Shown here piece after piece: positions 25,678 to 36,370 of a stretch of DNA of 64,000 bases. The DNA is from Candidatus Bathyarchaeia archaeon. Its GTDB lineage: Archaea > Thermoproteota > CALKCG01 > B24 > JAWCPE01. Numbering within the stretch: position 1 is the first letter of the stretch; every line of letters begins with the position of its first letter. The position numbers and the translations under genes were made by a program. Below the pieces are notes generated by a model, which saw nothing but the letters and a program-made list of their open reading frames with translations, was not told the origin of the DNA and ran no database searches. Location: assembly GCA_038870415.1 (NCBI GenBank), contig JAWCPE010000001.1, forward strand, positions 6,806 through 70,805, read 5' to 3'.

Positions 25678-27234
25678 GTGATGTCAGGTTGCAGCCAGTC
25701 AATAGCGCCCTTCGTGGTGAAGGAGGGCCGAAAAGCCTTCATCAACCAGTACTACTTTCTCCCTCACCCTATCAGGTCCACAAGAGACGGGAAGGGAGGC
25801 TACACAGCGGTCGTACCTGTCTTAGCCAGGGTCTTCCGCGTAACGCCGTACAACCCTGAGATGAACGTGGGGGGCTTCGGCCCCATCGCTGGCAAGAGAG
25901 GCGAGAGGGCCCAGTACGGGAAAACGCTAGAGTACGAGATCGCATGGGCCGAGATCCTCGGATACGTAGCTGAGACAGGGAAATGGTATCGGCTTGAGTG
26001 CAGCCCTGGTACGTGGGACCCGGTCTTCGAACCGTCGGAGATGGAGATACGTAACTTCTTCTCACTCCTCTCAGGCAGCGGGGCGTCAGCCGACTCGCCG
26101 CCCTACTTGCTGAAGGTGGGACATCACCGAGGCCTCAAGATACCGGTCTACTTAGACCTAAACGCGTTAGCCAGGGGGCATATGTTCGTCTCAGGCATGA
26201 CCAGGTCCGGCAAGAGCAGCTTCGTCCTGAACCTTATCGCCCGAGCGTTAGAGCTGACGCCTAAGCCTCACTTCGTGGTGCTCGACCGGAGGTCTGAATA
26301 CTCCGTCCTCGTTAAATACGGCGCTACGGTCATCCCGTACAAGTCGTTCCTGCCGAGAACAGGTCGGTTCAGTGGCGAAGCGCTCTCGTCTAGGCTTGGT
26401 TTCAACCCGAGCACGGGCCCTGGGAAGCTCGTAGCCGAGGCGGTCGATGTCCTCGCAAGCGAAGGCGAAGAGATCACCGGGGCTTCGCTCGTAGCGAAGG
26501 CGCGCGAGATCGCGCCGCTCGTCCTTGCACGTGACCGTGAGGGCGTCCTCGCCCGAGTCCAGTGGGCTGTCAGAACGAGGGGCGGCTTCCTCGACGAGGC
26601 GAAGGAACGAGTAGACCTAGTCGAAGCTGTCCGCGCGAATGAGGTGCTCATCATCGACTTCTCCGTGGACACCGATATAGACGAGCAGCATGCGACGACG
26701 AGGAACATCGTATCCACCCTCGTGGACGAGGCGATGCGGAGACGAGCTGACGGCGACTTCGCCGTCATCGTCGTGATCGAGGAGGCGCAGTATCTCGCGC
26801 CGGAGAAGGGCCTCAAGATCGAGGTCGGCAACCCCGAGAGGATCGGGGTCGACCGGGAACTCGTCGAGGCGATAAGCCAGGCAGGAGGCTACAATATGGG
26901 CTTCATCATCCTCACTCAGCGGCCTGCCTACGTGAGCAAGTCCATCATCTCGCAATGCAACTCTATCGTGTGCTTCAGATTGATGTCGGGCAACGACCAA
27001 GAGGCGATCATCAGGTACTCAGAGTACGGCAACGAGAGGCTGAGCGACTACCTGCCAGGTCTAGCCGACCACGAAGCGATGCTCTGGGGAATGGCTTCAC
27101 CGGTCCCCTTCCCGATAATCGCCGAGATGGAGACCCGAGAGTTCCCGAGGAAGGCAGGAGTCACAGCCAGACATGCTTGGCAAACCATGGTCGAAGCCAA
27201 GCGAAGAACTCTGGCAGTTCAGACGGCCCGTTGA
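25678..27234 (+). CDS. herA: HerA/FtsK-family ATPase
   Basis: H..V.GMTRSGKS Walker A, VLDR.SEY, VIEEAQ Walker B, LTQRP, SQCN. Confidence 0.88.
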   Translation: MMSGCSQSIAPFVVKEGRKAFINQYYFLPHPIRSTRDGKGGYTAVVPVLARVFRVTPYNPEMNVGGFGPIAGKRGERAQYGKTLEYEIAWAEILGYVAETGKWYRLECSPGTWDPVFEPSEMEIRNFFSLLSGSGASADSPPYLLKVGHHRGLKIPVYLDLNALARGHMFVSGMTRSGKSSFVLNLIARALELTPKPHFVVLDRRSEYSVLVKYGATVIPYKSFLPRTGRFSGEALSSRLGFNPSTGPGKLVAEAVDVLASEGEEITGASLVAKAREIAPLVLARDREGVLARVQWAVRTRGGFLDEAKERVDLVEAVRANEVLIIDFSVDTDIDEQHATTRNIVSTLVDEAMRRRADGDFAVIVVIEEAQYLAPEKGLKIEVGNPERIGVDRELVEAISQAGGYNMGFIILTQRPAYVSKSIISQCNSIVCFRLMSGNDQEAIIRYSEYGNERLSDYLPGLADHEAMLWGMASPVPFPIIAEMETREFPRKAGVTARHAWQTMVEAKRRTLAVQTAR

Positions 27235-27351
27235 CGAAGCCATCAACAAGAGGCTGTAGGACTGGGAATCGTGAGCCTTCCCCCGCCCCGACACTTTGGT
27301 GTCTCCCTGAAGAGGAACGTGGGTGGCGATACGTTGCCTCGTTGCACCCTT

Positions 27352-29301
27352 CTACATCGACTCTGGGGCGTCGATCCCGATGATCTCCAAGCAGTTCCTT
27401 AGCGTTATCCTCGTAGCTTCCACCAAGCATAGCCTCGCGGCTTTAAGCTCCTCGGATTCGGCCCTGAGTACCGGCAGCTTGTCGTAGAAGGTGTTGAAGA
27501 GGCTGGCCAGCTCGTTCGCAAACTCAGGCAGGAGGTTCGGCCTCAGGTTGTCCGCTGCGTCGGTGAAGACCTCGGGGAACCGGGCTACGGCGAGCCCCAC
27601 CCTCTGCTCCTCATCCCTCTTGAGTTTGTTCTCCGCCACTTGCCGTGGCGTCGATCCGGCTTTTCTAAGGATGCTGCAGGCCCTAGCGTGCGAGTACTGG
27701 ATGAAAGGCCCACTGTTCCTTTCGAAGTCCAGCACGCGGTCCCAGGTGAAGACGACCTCCTTGATAGGTTCCACGGCGGTCAGGGCGTACTTCACAGCCC
27801 CCATGCCGACGATGCGAGCGATCTCCTTCTTCCGGGCTGGGTCGAGTTCCGGGGAGCGCCTCTCCACCTCTTTCCTAGCTCTGCTCTCCGCCTCGTCCAG
27901 CACCTGGTCGAGCGTCACGTATCTGCCTCTTCTACTCGACATCCTGACGCCGGGGAACCTCACAAACCCGTAGGAGAAGTGGTGCTGCCTCGCGGCGAGA
28001 TCCTTGAAGCCCAGGATTGCTAAGGCAACCTTGAGCTGGATCTGCGGATGCGTCTGGTCCGCCCCGACGACGTTGATGACGCGGTCGGCAGACTCGAACT
28101 TCTTCAAGCTGTAGGCGATATCCCGGGTGGCGTAGAGCGTCATCCCGCCGCTTCTCGTCAGGGTCAACGAGGGAATCGCATAGCCCTTTGGGAGGCCAAG
28201 CATCTCCTTAAGCCCCAGGTCCACAGCGGCTCTCTCCGCGTCAAGCTCAAGCACGCCGTCGCTCCAGGAGACGTACGGGCTTGCCCTAAGCCCGCTCAGC
28301 ACCTTGCCGACTTGGCTGCTCCAGGCGAGTTCGCTCTCCCAGTCCCAAGAGTCGAAACTCACGCCGACTCGGTCAAGGCTCTGCTTGAAGCCGTCAAGGC
28401 AGAGCTCAGCAACCGTCCGGATCAGCGCTTTAGCTGTCTCCTCGCCGTCCTCGTAAGCCTTATTCAACGCAGATATCGCCTGCCAGGGGTCCGGGTCCTT
28501 CCTGACCTCTTCGAGAAGCCTATCGAAGAGCTCCGGGTGTCGAGGCTTAACCTCGGCGGCGACTGAGACCCACTCGTCAAGCTCTGCCCTGGTCCGTTTC
28601 GCCTCCTCTGAGTCAGGCGTCTCAGAGAGGCGCTGCAGCCTCTGCTTCAACCTTTCGATCTCGAGGATGCACGAGGCTACTGTGTAGAGTTCGCCTATGA
28701 ACTCGTCTGGTTTCCTGTCCGGCTTTTTTCGCCCAAGCTTCTCGTAAGCGTACGCGATGACGGCCATCTGCCCGCCTACATCGTCCACGTAATAGTGCCT
28801 AGACACGTTGTGGCCTCTCGCCTTGAGTATTCTCGCGAGCGCATCGCCGAGGAACGTATTCCTAGCATGTCCGATGTCTATCGGATGTGTAGGGTTGACG
28901 CTCGTATGTTCAACTATGATCCTCTGCGCCTCACTCACCTTTAGAAACCCCCATTCCCGGTCAAGCTCGACCGCCGACCGGACTGCTTCCACGATCATTC
29001 TGTCGCGGTCGGCGTAGAAGTTGATGTACCCAGGAGGCGCCACCTTGACCTCTCTGACGAAGAGAGACGCGGTAGTATCCATCGCTCCAGCGATCCGTTG
29101 AGCGAGATTGAGGGGGCTCTCCTGCCTCTCCCGCGCGAGGGAGAGACAGAGCGAGGAGCTTAACTCGCCGAGGCCTTCCCCCGGCGGTCTCTGGAGGACG
29201 AGCTGCTCCTCCGTCACGGCAGCCCTGACCTGCCTCACGCACTCTCTGAGAAGGCTTCGGCATTCCTCTCGGAAAGTGCCCCAAGGGTCGCGTGAAAACA
29301 T
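27352..29301 (-). CDS. argS: Arginyl-tRNA synthetase
   Basis: EHTSVNP, HIGH-like DIGHARN, MSSRRG, QYSHARA.SIL, C-terminal APESM. Confidence 0.96.
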   Translation of the reverse strand: MFSRDPWGTFREECRSLLRECVRQVRAAVTEEQLVLQRPPGEGLGELSSSLCLSLARERQESPLNLAQRIAGAMDTTASLFVREVKVAPPGYINFYADRDRMIVEAVRSAVELDREWGFLKVSEAQRIIVEHTSVNPTHPIDIGHARNTFLGDALARILKARGHNVSRHYYVDDVGGQMAVIAYAYEKLGRKKPDRKPDEFIGELYTVASCILEIERLKQRLQRLSETPDSEEAKRTRAELDEWVSVAAEVKPRHPELFDRLLEEVRKDPDPWQAISALNKAYEDGEETAKALIRTVAELCLDGFKQSLDRVGVSFDSWDWESELAWSSQVGKVLSGLRASPYVSWSDGVLELDAERAAVDLGLKEMLGLPKGYAIPSLTLTRSGGMTLYATRDIAYSLKKFESADRVINVVGADQTHPQIQLKVALAILGFKDLAARQHHFSYGFVRFPGVRMSSRRGRYVTLDQVLDEAESRARKEVERRSPELDPARKKEIARIVGMGAVKYALTAVEPIKEVVFTWDRVLDFERNSGPFIQYSHARACSILRKAGSTPRQVAENKLKRDEEQRVGLAVARFPEVFTDAADNLRPNLLPEFANELASLFNTFYDKLPVLRAESEELKAARLCLVEATRITLRNCLEIIGIDAPESM

Positions 29302-29401
29302 AAGACCGATGAACCAGAGGGGAGCCGGCTCAGAAAAGCCTTTTCCGCCGCTATACTCCGCTACAGACAGATGGATGCGCTGCTCTTCTCCGGTTCCGGG
29401 C

Positions 29402-30781
29402 TTATCTCAGTCCGGCTAGTATATCCTCTACATACTTGCGGGTCTCGTCGTTCAGTCTCTTGGCGCTCTCCTGGGTTCGAGCTTCAGACATAATCCTGAG
29501 AACAGGTTCAGTCCCTGACGGTCGGACGAGTACCCACTCTCCTCGTTTCAGAAGTTTGAACCCGTCGGTTAAATCGATCGTCTCGCCGCGGTGTCTCTCG
29601 GCTAGTGCCGTCACTACTTGTTGGGCTTCTTCTCTCGAGCAGGGAAGCTTCGTCCGCACGGAGAAGTATCTTGGCATTCGGCCTGTGATGGCCGATAGGG
29701 TCTCGCCCCTCGTGGCTAGTACCTCAAGGACCTTCGCCGCGGCGAGGATTCCATCCCGGGTGTACGACAGCCTCGGCAGGATGACGCCTCCGCAGGACCC
29801 TTCTCCGCCGATAGGGGCTCCGACCTCGATCATCTTCTGGACGACGAAGCTCTCGCCTACGCGGCTCCGGTACACCCTTGAACCGTGTCTCTCAGCGATC
29901 TCCTCGAAGAGGCTTGAAGAGGCGACGTTCGTGACGAAGGCCGAGCCGGGGTTCGCTTCGAGGTAAGAGTCAACCACCACTGCGAGTGTGAAGTCCTCAG
30001 GGAGAACCTCGCCTTTTTCATCAACGCAGACAAGCCGGTCAGCATCACAGTCATGGGCGAAGCCTACATCTGCCCCTTCTGCCTTCACGACCTCTACGAG
30101 GCCTGCCAGGGCCTCCTCAGTCGGCTCGATCGGCCTAGGGAAGGCCCCGTCGGGAACCGCGTTGATCGCCGTAAGCTTGCAGCCTAACTGCTGGAGCACG
30201 TAAGGGGTGACGAAGCTTCCAGCGCCGTTCCCCGGGTCGACCGCTACCTTCAGACCTGCCCTCGTCAAGGCTTGAGCATCAACACACTCGGTAACCGACT
30301 TCTCGTAGCGCCCGGAGAGCCGACCGGGCAGAACCCGGCCTACCCTCTCGGAGGCGACGGGTTTGACGGCTTCACTCCTCCAGTCTTCCCTTACTCTGAA
30401 CAGTTCCCTCTCGCTTAAGGGCAGCCCGTTGGGACCTACGAGCTTCAGACCGTTCCAGTCAGGCGGGTTATGGGATGCTGTGACGATTATGCCGCCCGCC
30501 GCTCCAAGATGTTTGACTGCGAAGACAGCTTTAGGCGACGGAACTACTCCGAGGTCTAGGACGTCGCATCCGACCGAGGTGAGGCCGGCGGAGACTGCGG
30601 CGACGACCATCTCACCTGTAGCCCTAGTATCCCTCCCGACCGCGACTCGGCCCTTCCCAAGCCAAGCTCCGAAGGAGGCTGATATCTCCAAGGCTGTTCT
30701 GGCTGTGAACGTCCTGCCGACGACACCGCGTACACCTGAGATGGTGAAGATAGGCTCTGAGCGAACGCTCCCCTCACTCAA
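29402..30781 (-). CDS. glmM: Phosphoglucosamine mutase / phosphohexomutase
   Basis: TASHNP, DCDADR metal loop, GGEGS, RPSGTEP. Confidence 0.9.
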   Translation of the reverse strand: MSEGSVRSEPIFTISGVRGVVGRTFTARTALEISASFGAWLGKGRVAVGRDTRATGEMVVAAVSAGLTSVGCDVLDLGVVPSPKAVFAVKHLGAAGGIIVTASHNPPDWNGLKLVGPNGLPLSERELFRVREDWRSEAVKPVASERVGRVLPGRLSGRYEKSVTECVDAQALTRAGLKVAVDPGNGAGSFVTPYVLQQLGCKLTAINAVPDGAFPRPIEPTEEALAGLVEVVKAEGADVGFAHDCDADRLVCVDEKGEVLPEDFTLAVVVDSYLEANPGSAFVTNVASSSLFEEIAERHGSRVYRSRVGESFVVQKMIEVGAPIGGEGSCGGVILPRLSYTRDGILAAAKVLEVLATRGETLSAITGRMPRYFSVRTKLPCSREEAQQVVTALAERHRGETIDLTDGFKLLKRGEWVLVRPSGTEPVLRIMSEARTQESAKRLNDETRKYVEDILAGLR

Positions 30782-31013
30782 GTTGGTTCCCTCAACGATC
30801 GACCTGTTACCGCGTAATAAGCCAAGCCATGCTGGCCTGGCTTTTTCTTTTCAGCCCTAGGGGACTGCTCCAGCCTTAGCGGTGGGCCTGGTAGCTTCGC
30901 AGGGTTGGTTGGAGAAATGAAATGTGGCGTGCTGGGAAACGAGCCTGAAATGACGGCCTAGGTCTTTACTTTCGGGTATAGGTGAAGAGAGCCCCGGGCA
31001 AGCCTGGGGATGC

Positions 31014-31664
31014 TTACTTCTTTTTAACCCAGGCTCTGCAGATCTCGACGCCAGCTACAGCGTCTCGCGCGTAGGCGTCAGCTCCAATGGCCTTCGCGTA
31101 CTCGTCGGTTAAGGGTGCGCCGCCTACGATGACCTTCACCTGCTTCCTTAAGCCTGCCCGTTCGAGCTGCTCGATGATGGCCTTCATATTTACCATGGTC
31201 GTTGTGAGCAAAGCTGAGACGCCGATTATCCCTGCCTTCGAGTTTTTAACCTCCTCGACGAACTTCTCAGGTGGGACGTCTACGCCGAGGTCGTGAACCT
31301 CGAAGCCCGCGGCGGTGAGGAGTGTGGAGACAACGTTCTTGCCGATGTCGTGGAGGTCTCCTTGAACGGTGCCGAGGACGACGACGCCGAGCGGCTCCCT
31401 CTTCTCCTTCTCCAGGTAAGGTTTGAGTACCGCCATCCCTTCCTTCATCGTCTCCCCAGCCATGATGAGCTCAGCCAAGAAGTACTCTCCCTCCTCATAC
31501 TTCTTGCCCACGATGTCCATGCCCTTCGACATTCCCTCCATGACTGCGTCGTACGGCGAGATCCCTGCCGCTATGGCATCCTCAGCGGCTTTCTTCACGC
31601 CTTCGATGTCGAAGGTGACGATACCATCCCTGAGCTTGTTCAAGATCTCTTGACGGTTAGCCGT
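31014..31664 (-). CDS. Methyltransferase-cognate corrinoid protein (MtaC/MtbC-like)
   Basis: B12 motif GDLHDIGKN, SALLTTT, VGGAP, N-terminal cap. The start may be ACG at 31664 (TTG at 31643 in the ORF track). Confidence 0.93.
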   Translation of the reverse strand, partial: TANRQEILNKLRDGIVTFDIEGVKKAAEDAIAAGISPYDAVMEGMSKGMDIVGKKYEEGEYFLAELIMAGETMKEGMAVLKPYLEKEKREPLGVVVLGTVQGDLHDIGKNVVSTLLTAAGFEVHDLGVDVPPEKFVEEVKNSKAGIIGVSALLTTTMVNMKAIIEQLERAGLRKQVKVIVGGAPLTDEYAKAIGADAYARDAVAGVEICRAWVKKK

Positions 31665-31923
31665 AACCCATCACCATCTAACAGGCTTGTAGCTTACCGG
31701 CGCTCAGCATATAAAACTTGCGAGCTGACCTCACTCGCAGCCTCCAATGAGGGAGTCCCACGTCCTAACTGGGCTAACTCATTCATTGAAGCGATGCCAA
31801 CCACCTCGCTGAGGGCTTCGCCCGCTGTCCGAGCTGGGCATGCGTTTAGACCAGTGGGCACTGAGGAACAGGGCAGGTAGCCGCCACCGAACATGTTTTA
31901 TCAGGCCGTAGCCACTCTCTTGT

Positions 31924-32246
31924 CGGCGGCGGGTAAGGACCGGGGAGCTAGCCCTGCCCTGTTGCCTGAAACGGGCTATACGCAGGGGTCCGTCAACCTT
32001 GAGGAGCGATGACCTGAGCGGTCGTAGGCCGAGGCTCCTCGACGAGGAGGCTTCGCCCCGCAGGGTTGGGCGGTGCAAGCAGCCCTTTCGAAGGAAAGGG
32101 TTGACCTGCTCTGCCGTCGAACCGGGCAAGGCCGGGAACGGAGCAACCCTAAGATGGACGCCCCGACGTTTGCGGGAGAACGGGGCTGAGGAAGGGGGCC
32201 TCGACACCGCGGCTGGGAGGGCATCCATCCCCGAGGGAGGCCGCCG
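31924..32246 (+). ncRNA. ffs: Archaeal SRP (7S) RNA
   Basis: Terminal helix CGGCGGC/GCCGCCG; Alu-like 5' domain; helix 6 CAGCCCTTTC-GAAG-GAAAGGGTTG (GNAR loop); helix 8 CAAGGCCG-GGAA-CGGAGCA; TTTTAT box ~25 nt upstream. Confidence 0.93.
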
Positions 32247-33323
32247 CTAGACGCGCCAACGGAGCACCGCGACCAGTCCGCCTATCGAGTAGAGCTTCTC
32301 GCCTGCCTCCGTTTCCGACGAGATGATAGCCGTCTCCCCGCCCCTCTTCTCGACGGCCTCCATCAGCTTCCTAAGCGACAGCCACTCCTCCTCAGTCACG
32401 CTTCTGAGCAGCCTATCCGAGATGAGAAGCCTCTCCACGGCGCCGTACTCAACGGCCTGCTCGACCACTTCCTTACCGTAGGCGATCCTGCCGTCCTCTC
32501 TGCTAAGCCTCAGGAAGGCCTCTTCGACGAGCTTCGTCTCCAAGACCGCCCTCGCCTCAGAAGCGTACCGCGTGATCAGCCCTGCTCGGAGCGCCTCGTT
32601 GACTCCCGCGGAGCCTCCGACGCTGACGCTTCCGAGGCGGATGGCGTCCGCCAGCCTAGGCCGTCTCGCAGAGAGGTAGTCTTTGAACTCCTGCTTGACG
32701 AAGCCTGGCCCAACGATCAGGATTACGCCGGGGTCTCCGTTCAGCGCCTCCTCTAGGCTTGCTAGGGCCTTCTCGAAGTAGGCTGCTCGGGAGGCTTCCC
32801 TCTGAGCGGGCTGGGCTTTCCCGGCGGGTTCCACGTGCCATTCAGCCATCGTCTCAACGCCGAACTCCCTGAGCCCTGCCACGCAGAAGTCCTCATCATC
32901 CATCGCTACGATGAGTAGCCTAGGCCTGAAGGATTTAACGGCCTCTTGTAGCCTCTCGAGGTCATAGTTCGGCCACTCCTCTTTGATGATCACGATCGGT
33001 TCGCCGGTCTTGATGTTGAACGTGTGGTAGTTGCCCTCTACGCCTTGGAACTTCTCCGGGGCCTCCAGCACCACTCCACGGATGCGAAGCCTTCGAACGT
33101 ACCGGTCAAGTTCCAAGGCTTCAACGCGGAGGCTCAGGTTCATGGGAAAACGGTGCTTCTCAGAGGGGGTATCTTCGCCTCCGCCGACCTTGACTTCGCG
33201 GGTCGTCCTCGCATGGACTACGTCGCCGCGGCGTACGATGTGGAAGAGGTGCCAGAGGTCGTCGAGGCTCTCCGGCACCACCTTGATCCGCCCATGTTTA
33301 GGGTCTCGCGCAAGAACTCTCAC
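32247..33323 (-). CDS. pelA: mRNA surveillance protein Pelota
   Basis: ESLDDLWHL, RLRIRG, YHT, GPGF.K, AYG..V, GGLVAVLRW. Start GTG 33323 or TTG 33341. Confidence 0.95.
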   Translation of the reverse strand: MRVLARDPKHGRIKVVPESLDDLWHLFHIVRRGDVVHARTTREVKVGGGEDTPSEKHRFPMNLSLRVEALELDRYVRRLRIRGVVLEAPEKFQGVEGNYHTFNIKTGEPIVIIKEEWPNYDLERLQEAVKSFRPRLLIVAMDDEDFCVAGLREFGVETMAEWHVEPAGKAQPAQREASRAAYFEKALASLEEALNGDPGVILIVGPGFVKQEFKDYLSARRPRLADAIRLGSVSVGGSAGVNEALRAGLITRYASEARAVLETKLVEEAFLRLSREDGRIAYGKEVVEQAVEYGAVERLLISDRLLRSVTEEEWLSLRKLMEAVEKRGGETAIISSETEAGEKLYSIGGLVAVLRWRV

Positions 33324-33392
33324 CGCGACGCCCGGGAGCAACCGTGGAACCTAAGTGCAGATAAAGGTTCATCCCGAGGCGGGCGGTATAGC

Positions 33393-33875
33393 ATGGAGCC
33401 GGTAGTCATACGCCCAGTCGCAGCCGGAGACCTACGACAGGTCTTGGAGATCGAGAGGCTGAGCTTCAAACGTCCCTACCCGTCCTCGTACATCGACACG
33501 TTAGCGTATCTCAGCCCCGATACTTTCCTCGTGGCGGAAGCCGACCGCAGGGTCGTGGGGTACGCCGTCTTCTCGATGAGGGGGAGGACCGCGCATATTC
33601 TTTCTCTTGCCGTGCACCCGGAGTGGAGACGTAAGGGGATCGGCTTAGCGCTGCTCAAGAACGTTGTTTGCTCGGCGAGAAGGAGTAAAGCGTCCTCCAT
33701 CAGGTTGGAGGTCAGGGAGAGCAACCTAGTAGCCCAGAGACTGTATGCTCAAGCAGGGTTCAGCGAGTCCGGACGGATTCGCGCTTACTACGAGGATGGA
33801 GAGGACGCCGTCGTCATGGAACTCACGCTCTCTAACAGCCTCAACGCCGCAGCTGGGGCCGACCGCGACCTGTAA
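33393..33875 (+). CDS. rimI: RimI/Ard1-like N-acetyltransferase
   Basis: IERLSF..PY, HILSLAV.P..RRKGIG, LEVRESN, YYEDGEDA. Confidence 0.9.
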   Translation: MEPVVIRPVAAGDLRQVLEIERLSFKRPYPSSYIDTLAYLSPDTFLVAEADRRVVGYAVFSMRGRTAHILSLAVHPEWRRKGIGLALLKNVVCSARRSKASSIRLEVRESNLVAQRLYAQAGFSESGRIRAYYEDGEDAVVMELTLSNSLNAAAGADRDL

Positions 33876-33960
33876 GAGTAGACGGGTCTCCGAGAAGACC
33901 CCTCTTCTCCACGGATACGTTTCGGCCTCCGGGACACCTTTATAACATGCTGATCTTGCA

Positions 33961-35118
33961 TTGATGCAAGATCAGCGGGTTCAAAGAGAAATGAACAGAA
34001 GCATGGTGGCTGTCCTCGTCACCGTAGCCTTGGTCGCAACGGCAGTCTACCTCCTTGAGGGAGAGCCACACCTGCTCGAGCCGGGACCGATGAGATCGGC
34101 TGTCGTGGTCTCGGTAGCCCTAGCGGGCGTCTTCGTCTTCTACATGCTCACCTCTCGGGCTCTGAGAGCGACGATACTCATGGCGAAGGGCACCGAGGGC
34201 GACGTGAAGATGCTGATAGGCCTCTGGAGGATCTTCGTAGCCTTCGCCGCCGCGCTTCTCCTTGTGAGCTACTACTCTCAGGGCTTGCTCGCGGCCGCCT
34301 TCGGAGCCTTCGGTGGCCTCATCATAGGTTGGTCACTCCAGGCGCCCATCAGCGGGATGGCGGCTTGGATACTCGTCACGCTCAAGAGGCCGTTCAAGGT
34401 CGGCGACAGGGTGATGCTCCCATCTTACGGGCTCGTAGGGGACGTCACGGACGTGAACCCCATGTACACCGTACTAAACCAGGTAGGCGGTGCAATAGGG
34501 AGTGAGGAGCCCGTGGGAAGGAACATCCTTGTTCCTAACGCGATGCTCTTCGGTAACCTCGTCATCAACTACACGCCCCGGCGGGAAGATGAGCCCATTC
34601 CCACCCAGGCGGCGGCCCAACAGCCTGGAGCATACATACTTGATGAGGTGGTTACAAGGATCACCTTCGATTCAGACTGGGATGAGGCGGAACGGATACT
34701 ACTTGACGCGGCGAGGGAGGTCACAGCCGACATCATAAAAGCCACCGGGCAAGAACCCTACATCCGCTCCGACATGTACGACTACGGCGTCTGGCTGAGG
34801 CTCCGCTACATGACTCTCGCCACAGACCGGCCTAGGATAACCCATGAGATCACGAAGCGCATCTTCAAGGAGTTCGCCCAGAACGATAAGCTGGACTTCG
34901 CCATACCCTACGTCTACTCGTACAAGAAAGCAGTGCAAGCTGGCCCCCTCTCAATGCCAGTCGGGATGAACTCGAGGAGTCAGCCGCTAGAGCCCATCTC
35001 CACCCAGCTCGAACAGGGAGGCCTCATCCTCTGCAGCAAATGTGGGACGGCGAACCCGCTCCGCGGCGAGTATTGCCTCAAGTGCGGGAAGAAGCTACAT
35101 GCGGTGAGAGCTGACTGA
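33961..35118 (+). CDS. MscS-family mechanosensitive channel with C-terminal zinc ribbon
   Basis: TM helices, RPFKVGDRV, G.V.D, VPN...F...VINY, C-terminal CSKCG...CLKCG. Confidence 0.85.
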   Translation: MMQDQRVQREMNRSMVAVLVTVALVATAVYLLEGEPHLLEPGPMRSAVVVSVALAGVFVFYMLTSRALRATILMAKGTEGDVKMLIGLWRIFVAFAAALLLVSYYSQGLLAAAFGAFGGLIIGWSLQAPISGMAAWILVTLKRPFKVGDRVMLPSYGLVGDVTDVNPMYTVLNQVGGAIGSEEPVGRNILVPNAMLFGNLVINYTPRREDEPIPTQAAAQQPGAYILDEVVTRITFDSDWDEAERILLDAAREVTADIIKATGQEPYIRSDMYDYGVWLRLRYMTLATDRPRITHEITKRIFKEFAQNDKLDFAIPYVYSYKKAVQAGPLSMPVGMNSRSQPLEPISTQLEQGGLILCSKCGTANPLRGEYCLKCGKKLHAVRAD

Positions 35119-35295
35119 GCTGTTGGCTCCGTCTCCGGCCGCTTGCTGAGGCGTATCGAGGACTATACCGCCGCTCGTGTCAAGGCTTTTATCCGATATC
35201 TTTGTATCGTCCGCTGAGACTGTAGGAGTCCTCGCCTTCAGGACAGCGACGAGGGGAGTCTGGGAGAGGAGCCCCATACATGGAGCGCGGCGCCG

Positions 35296-35631
35296 ATGGC
35301 TTCAGATGAGCAGATCGAGCTGATTCTTAAGGAGTACCAAGACGGCAAGAGCATCACACGGATAGTGAGGGAACTAGGGGTACCGAAGCACTGGGTATAC
35401 TTCGCACTCGGCTCCAAAGGCATCAAGCCACGGGCGGCTGGAGGCCAGCGGGGAACCAACGTGACGCTGCTTCGACCCATGAAGAACACTTCAAGCCGCA
35501 TGGCAACCGTCCCAGCGAGCATCATAAAGGAGCTGGGCATCGATCAGAACGAAGCGTGGGAGATAAAGTGGACGATCCTCGACCGGAAGAGGAGGCTCAT
35601 CCAAGCCGAAGCCCGGCCGTGTAGAGGCTAG
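35296..35631 (+). CDS. HTH + AbrB-like putative DNA-binding protein
   Basis: Y.DGKSI..I.RELGV (HTH), then S.MATVP.SII.ELGI (AbrB/SpoVT-like). Confidence 0.65.
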   Translation: MASDEQIELILKEYQDGKSITRIVRELGVPKHWVYFALGSKGIKPRAAGGQRGTNVTLLRPMKNTSSRMATVPASIIKELGIDQNEAWEIKWTILDRKRRLIQAEARPCRG

Positions 35632-36370
35632 AGCGACAGCCCAATGACAGACACGTAGCTGCTTGACTGCCTCCCTCTGTGAGGGCCCTCTGAATATCAA
35701 TCAGATTGGACGCCTTTGAAGGCAGGTACCTGTTCACACATCCTAGGTTGATCGGGATGTCGAAGGGGAGCCTCACTCTTTATTCCAGCTGGGCTGAACA
35801 TCTTTAGGCAGACGCCTATCTCACCTCAGGTCACGATGCGTAGGAAGTGTCAGCCGGCTCTGGACGGCCTACTCAGACTCCTCGGAGATGAGGAATGGCC
35901 CAGCCTGGGTGAGATGACCGCTCATTTCGATGTCTGAGGAAAGGACTACCCCCGGGGTTTCTTCGCTGACTGCTCTCTCGCGCCTCGAGTTCGAGGAAGA
36001 GCATCGCAGAGCGAGGATCGCGGCTGAGAAACCAACTGGCACGACCACAGGAGCGCGGCGTCCGATTTAGCCCTTGCCCAACATACCCGTCAACGCCCTC
36101 TATCCGCAGGAACTCACCTCCTCCCCCGGGTGGTCTTGAGCCCTGGGCTGCTCGTCGATGGTCCTTCCCCTTTAGGAAGGCAACATGCCTTTTTAGCATT
36201 CTGAAGTCGAGCCGAGTATCATGCTAAGAGGTTTTTCCTCTTAGGTTGGAGGGCAGCCGTAGAACCTGAGCGGCAATCTGCAGCCACACTCGTCTGTGCG
36301 TGCGTGTGTGCACGCGCAGAGCACCTCTAGTTACGCGCTCCGTTAGGTAGTAAGCAAGCTCCCCTTACAC

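Noticed and set aside
31924..32246. ORFs 31779..32228, 31976..32224 and 31999..32250; also considered as RNase P RNA
   Set aside because: Helix 6/helix 8 motifs and the Alu-like domain identify SRP RNA; the ORFs are shadows.
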